A stretch of 51,445 nucleotides of DNA, from NCBI GenBank assembly GCA_963749705.1, contig CAVVNQ010000005.1:1-51445 (forward strand), read 5' to 3'. Below the pieces are notes generated by a model that saw only the letters and a list, made by a program, of their open reading frames with translations, ran no database searches and was not told the DNA's origin. Each line of letters starts with the position of its first letter. Position 1 is the stretch's first letter. Made by a program: the position numbers and the translations under genes. This document shows positions 49,729 to 51,445 of this stretch, one piece after another. The DNA comes from an uncultured Chloroflexia bacterium (lineage in GTDB: Bacteria; Chloroflexota; Limnocylindria; Limnocylindrales; CSP1-4).

Positions 49729-51445
49729 ATGAGGTCTCGGGGATTGAGTAATCCATTGGGCGCCGGTGCCCGGAAGAGCTTCGTGCTCTTCTGGACGGCG
49801 CTCTTCGTGTGTTCGCTGCTATTGCAGTACGTGGTGATCGCCGCCCCAGTGCTGGCGGTCCACGACGATGGCCTGTTCGAGCTCGACGGCAACGCCGTCA
49901 ACGGTGCGGCCGCCGGCGACGACTGGGACCAGGTATACCAATGCTGTCGGGAGCGCGGCACCGGGCGATGACTGGAACCAAGTCGTCGGTGGGACGTCCA
50001 GCGCGGAGTCGTCGTCGTTCATCGTCGACAAGGTCAACGACCAGGCCGATGACTCGTTCAAGGGCAACACCGGCGACGACATGACGATCGCCCAGTGGAA
50101 GTGGGTGACCGCCAAGGCCAGCCAGGCGAAGAACGACATCGCGAATGCCTTCGCCGCTGCCTATACGGATCCCGCCAACGGGCACACGATCGCCTACTTC
50201 GGTCTCGACAAGTGGGAAGCCGATGGCGACAACTACGTCGGGTTCTGGTTCTTCAAGAGCCCGGTCGCTCCGTCCGGTGACGGCAGCACGTCATCGGGCG
50301 ATCCGTTCACTGGCTCACATACCGTGGGCGACATTCTCGTGCTCGCCGACTACACGAACGGCGGTGGCGTCGCCACGTTCAACGTCTACAAGTGGGTGGG
50401 TTCCGGTGGCGACATCGGCCCGGCACACACGCTCCAGACCGTGGCGAGCGGCGTTCCCTGCACCGGCGGCGCCGGCGACGACGCATGCGCGGTGACGAAC
50501 ACCTCGACCGAGACGGCGCCGTGGTCCTTCCAGGGCCGCGACGGCGCTCCGGGCGAGTTCCCGCCCGGAACGTTCTTCGAGGGCGGCATCGACCTCACCG
50601 CTCTCAACCTCGACACCGGCTGTTTCACCGGGTTCCTGGGCGAGACCCGCTCGTCGCAGTCCGTGACGGCAACCCTGTCCGACTTCGCGGGCGGCGCCTT
50701 CTCGTTCTGCGCCCCGCCGACCATCGCGACCCAGGTTCAGCAGGATGGGCAGGACACTTCGGTCATCAACATGGGCGAGTCGGTCACGGACCACGCGACC
50801 CTGACCGGAACCAAGGGCACCGTCGAAGGCAGCGTCAAGTTCTACGTCTGCCGCGACGCCAATGCCGCGCCCGACTGCGCCAGCGGCGGCACCCAGGTGG
50901 GCGGCACGAAGACGCTCAGCGGCGGCGAAGCCGACAGCGACGCGTTCACGCCAACCCAGGAGGGCTACTACTGCTTCCGGGTTGCGTACACGCCCGCGGA
51001 CGGATCCAAGTACCTCGCCACTTCACATACCAACCAGACGACCGAGTGCTTCCAGGTCATCCCGGCCGGCATCGACCTTACCAAGACCGCGGACGCGGCC
51101 TCAGTCTCGGCGGGCCAGCCGATCGGCTTCACGCTCTCGATCACCAGCACCGGGCCAGGAACGGCCTACGGGGTCAAGGTGTCGGACACGGTGCCGACGA
51201 ATGATGGCCTCAGCTGGTCCATCGACGCCGCCGGCACGACCGGCGCGTGGACGCTCACCAATGGCGTCCTGAGCTTTGGTGGCGACTCCGGCGTGACGAT
51301 GGCCAAGGACGCCGAGTATCACGTCCACATCACCAGCCCGACCACGGCCGCGACCTGCGGCACCGTCGACAATACGGGCGACGCGACGACCACCAACGAC
51401 GGAACCGACAGCGCGTCGGCGTCGGTGACCGTCCAGTGTCCTGAC
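49729..51445 (+). CDS. Large secreted/surface protein with Ig-like and DUF11-like repeats; frameshift near 49937, truncated by the window end
   Basis: Signal peptide ending PVLA-VHD. A frame open from 49940 to the end reads KNDIANAF, FFEGGIDL, ETRSSQS and LTKTADAASVSAGQPIGFTL...VSDTVP. Confidence 0.8.

Noticed and set aside
1-51445. Mobile elements, tRNA/rRNA genes, defence systems
   Set aside because: No transposase, integrase, phage or stable-RNA signatures were recognised. The STAND protein ends in DNA-binding/BTAD domains rather than a toxic effector.

Overview
High-GC bacterial chromosome window. GAAC-N4-GTTC SOS boxes, gene content and pervasive leaderless starts suggest Chloroflexota; this taxonomy is an inference. 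Left (0.2-15.4 kb): a surface-glycan locus with about five GT87/DUF2029-like and several other GT-C-like membrane glycosyltransferases, a nucleotide-sugar dehydrogenase, an SDR epimerase/decarboxylase, a GT2 and a PIG-L deacetylase. The standout is 16.8-24.4 kb on the minus strand. In transcription order it carries a MalT-like STAND-TPR-wHTH-BTAD regulator, a c-di-GMP-II riboswitch with an overlapping terminator, two unannotated small ORFs with strong RBSs (10 aa ending ALKGW; 29 aa signal-peptide-like ending ASLRGF), a membrane-sensor HD-GYP phosphodiesterase, and a DUF5317-MFS fusion whose DUF5317 part has signal-peptidase-II-like Asp motifs. I read this as a candidate peptide-signalling (quorum-sensing-like) system wired into c-di-GMP, with a lower-GC variable core. 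Middle: dodecin, Zn-ribbon protein, dnaB, MBL lactonase, lexA, DUF1232, rplI, a candidate structured ncRNA, dinB and a small gene behind two SOS boxes. Right: THF-linked histidine catabolism (hutH, hutU, hutI, formiminotransferase, cyclodeaminase, folD, fhs), lipoproteins, argS and the start of a large secreted DUF11-type protein. Several frameshifts look like sequencing/assembly indels. All family assignments come from motif recognition by eye; no database searches were run.
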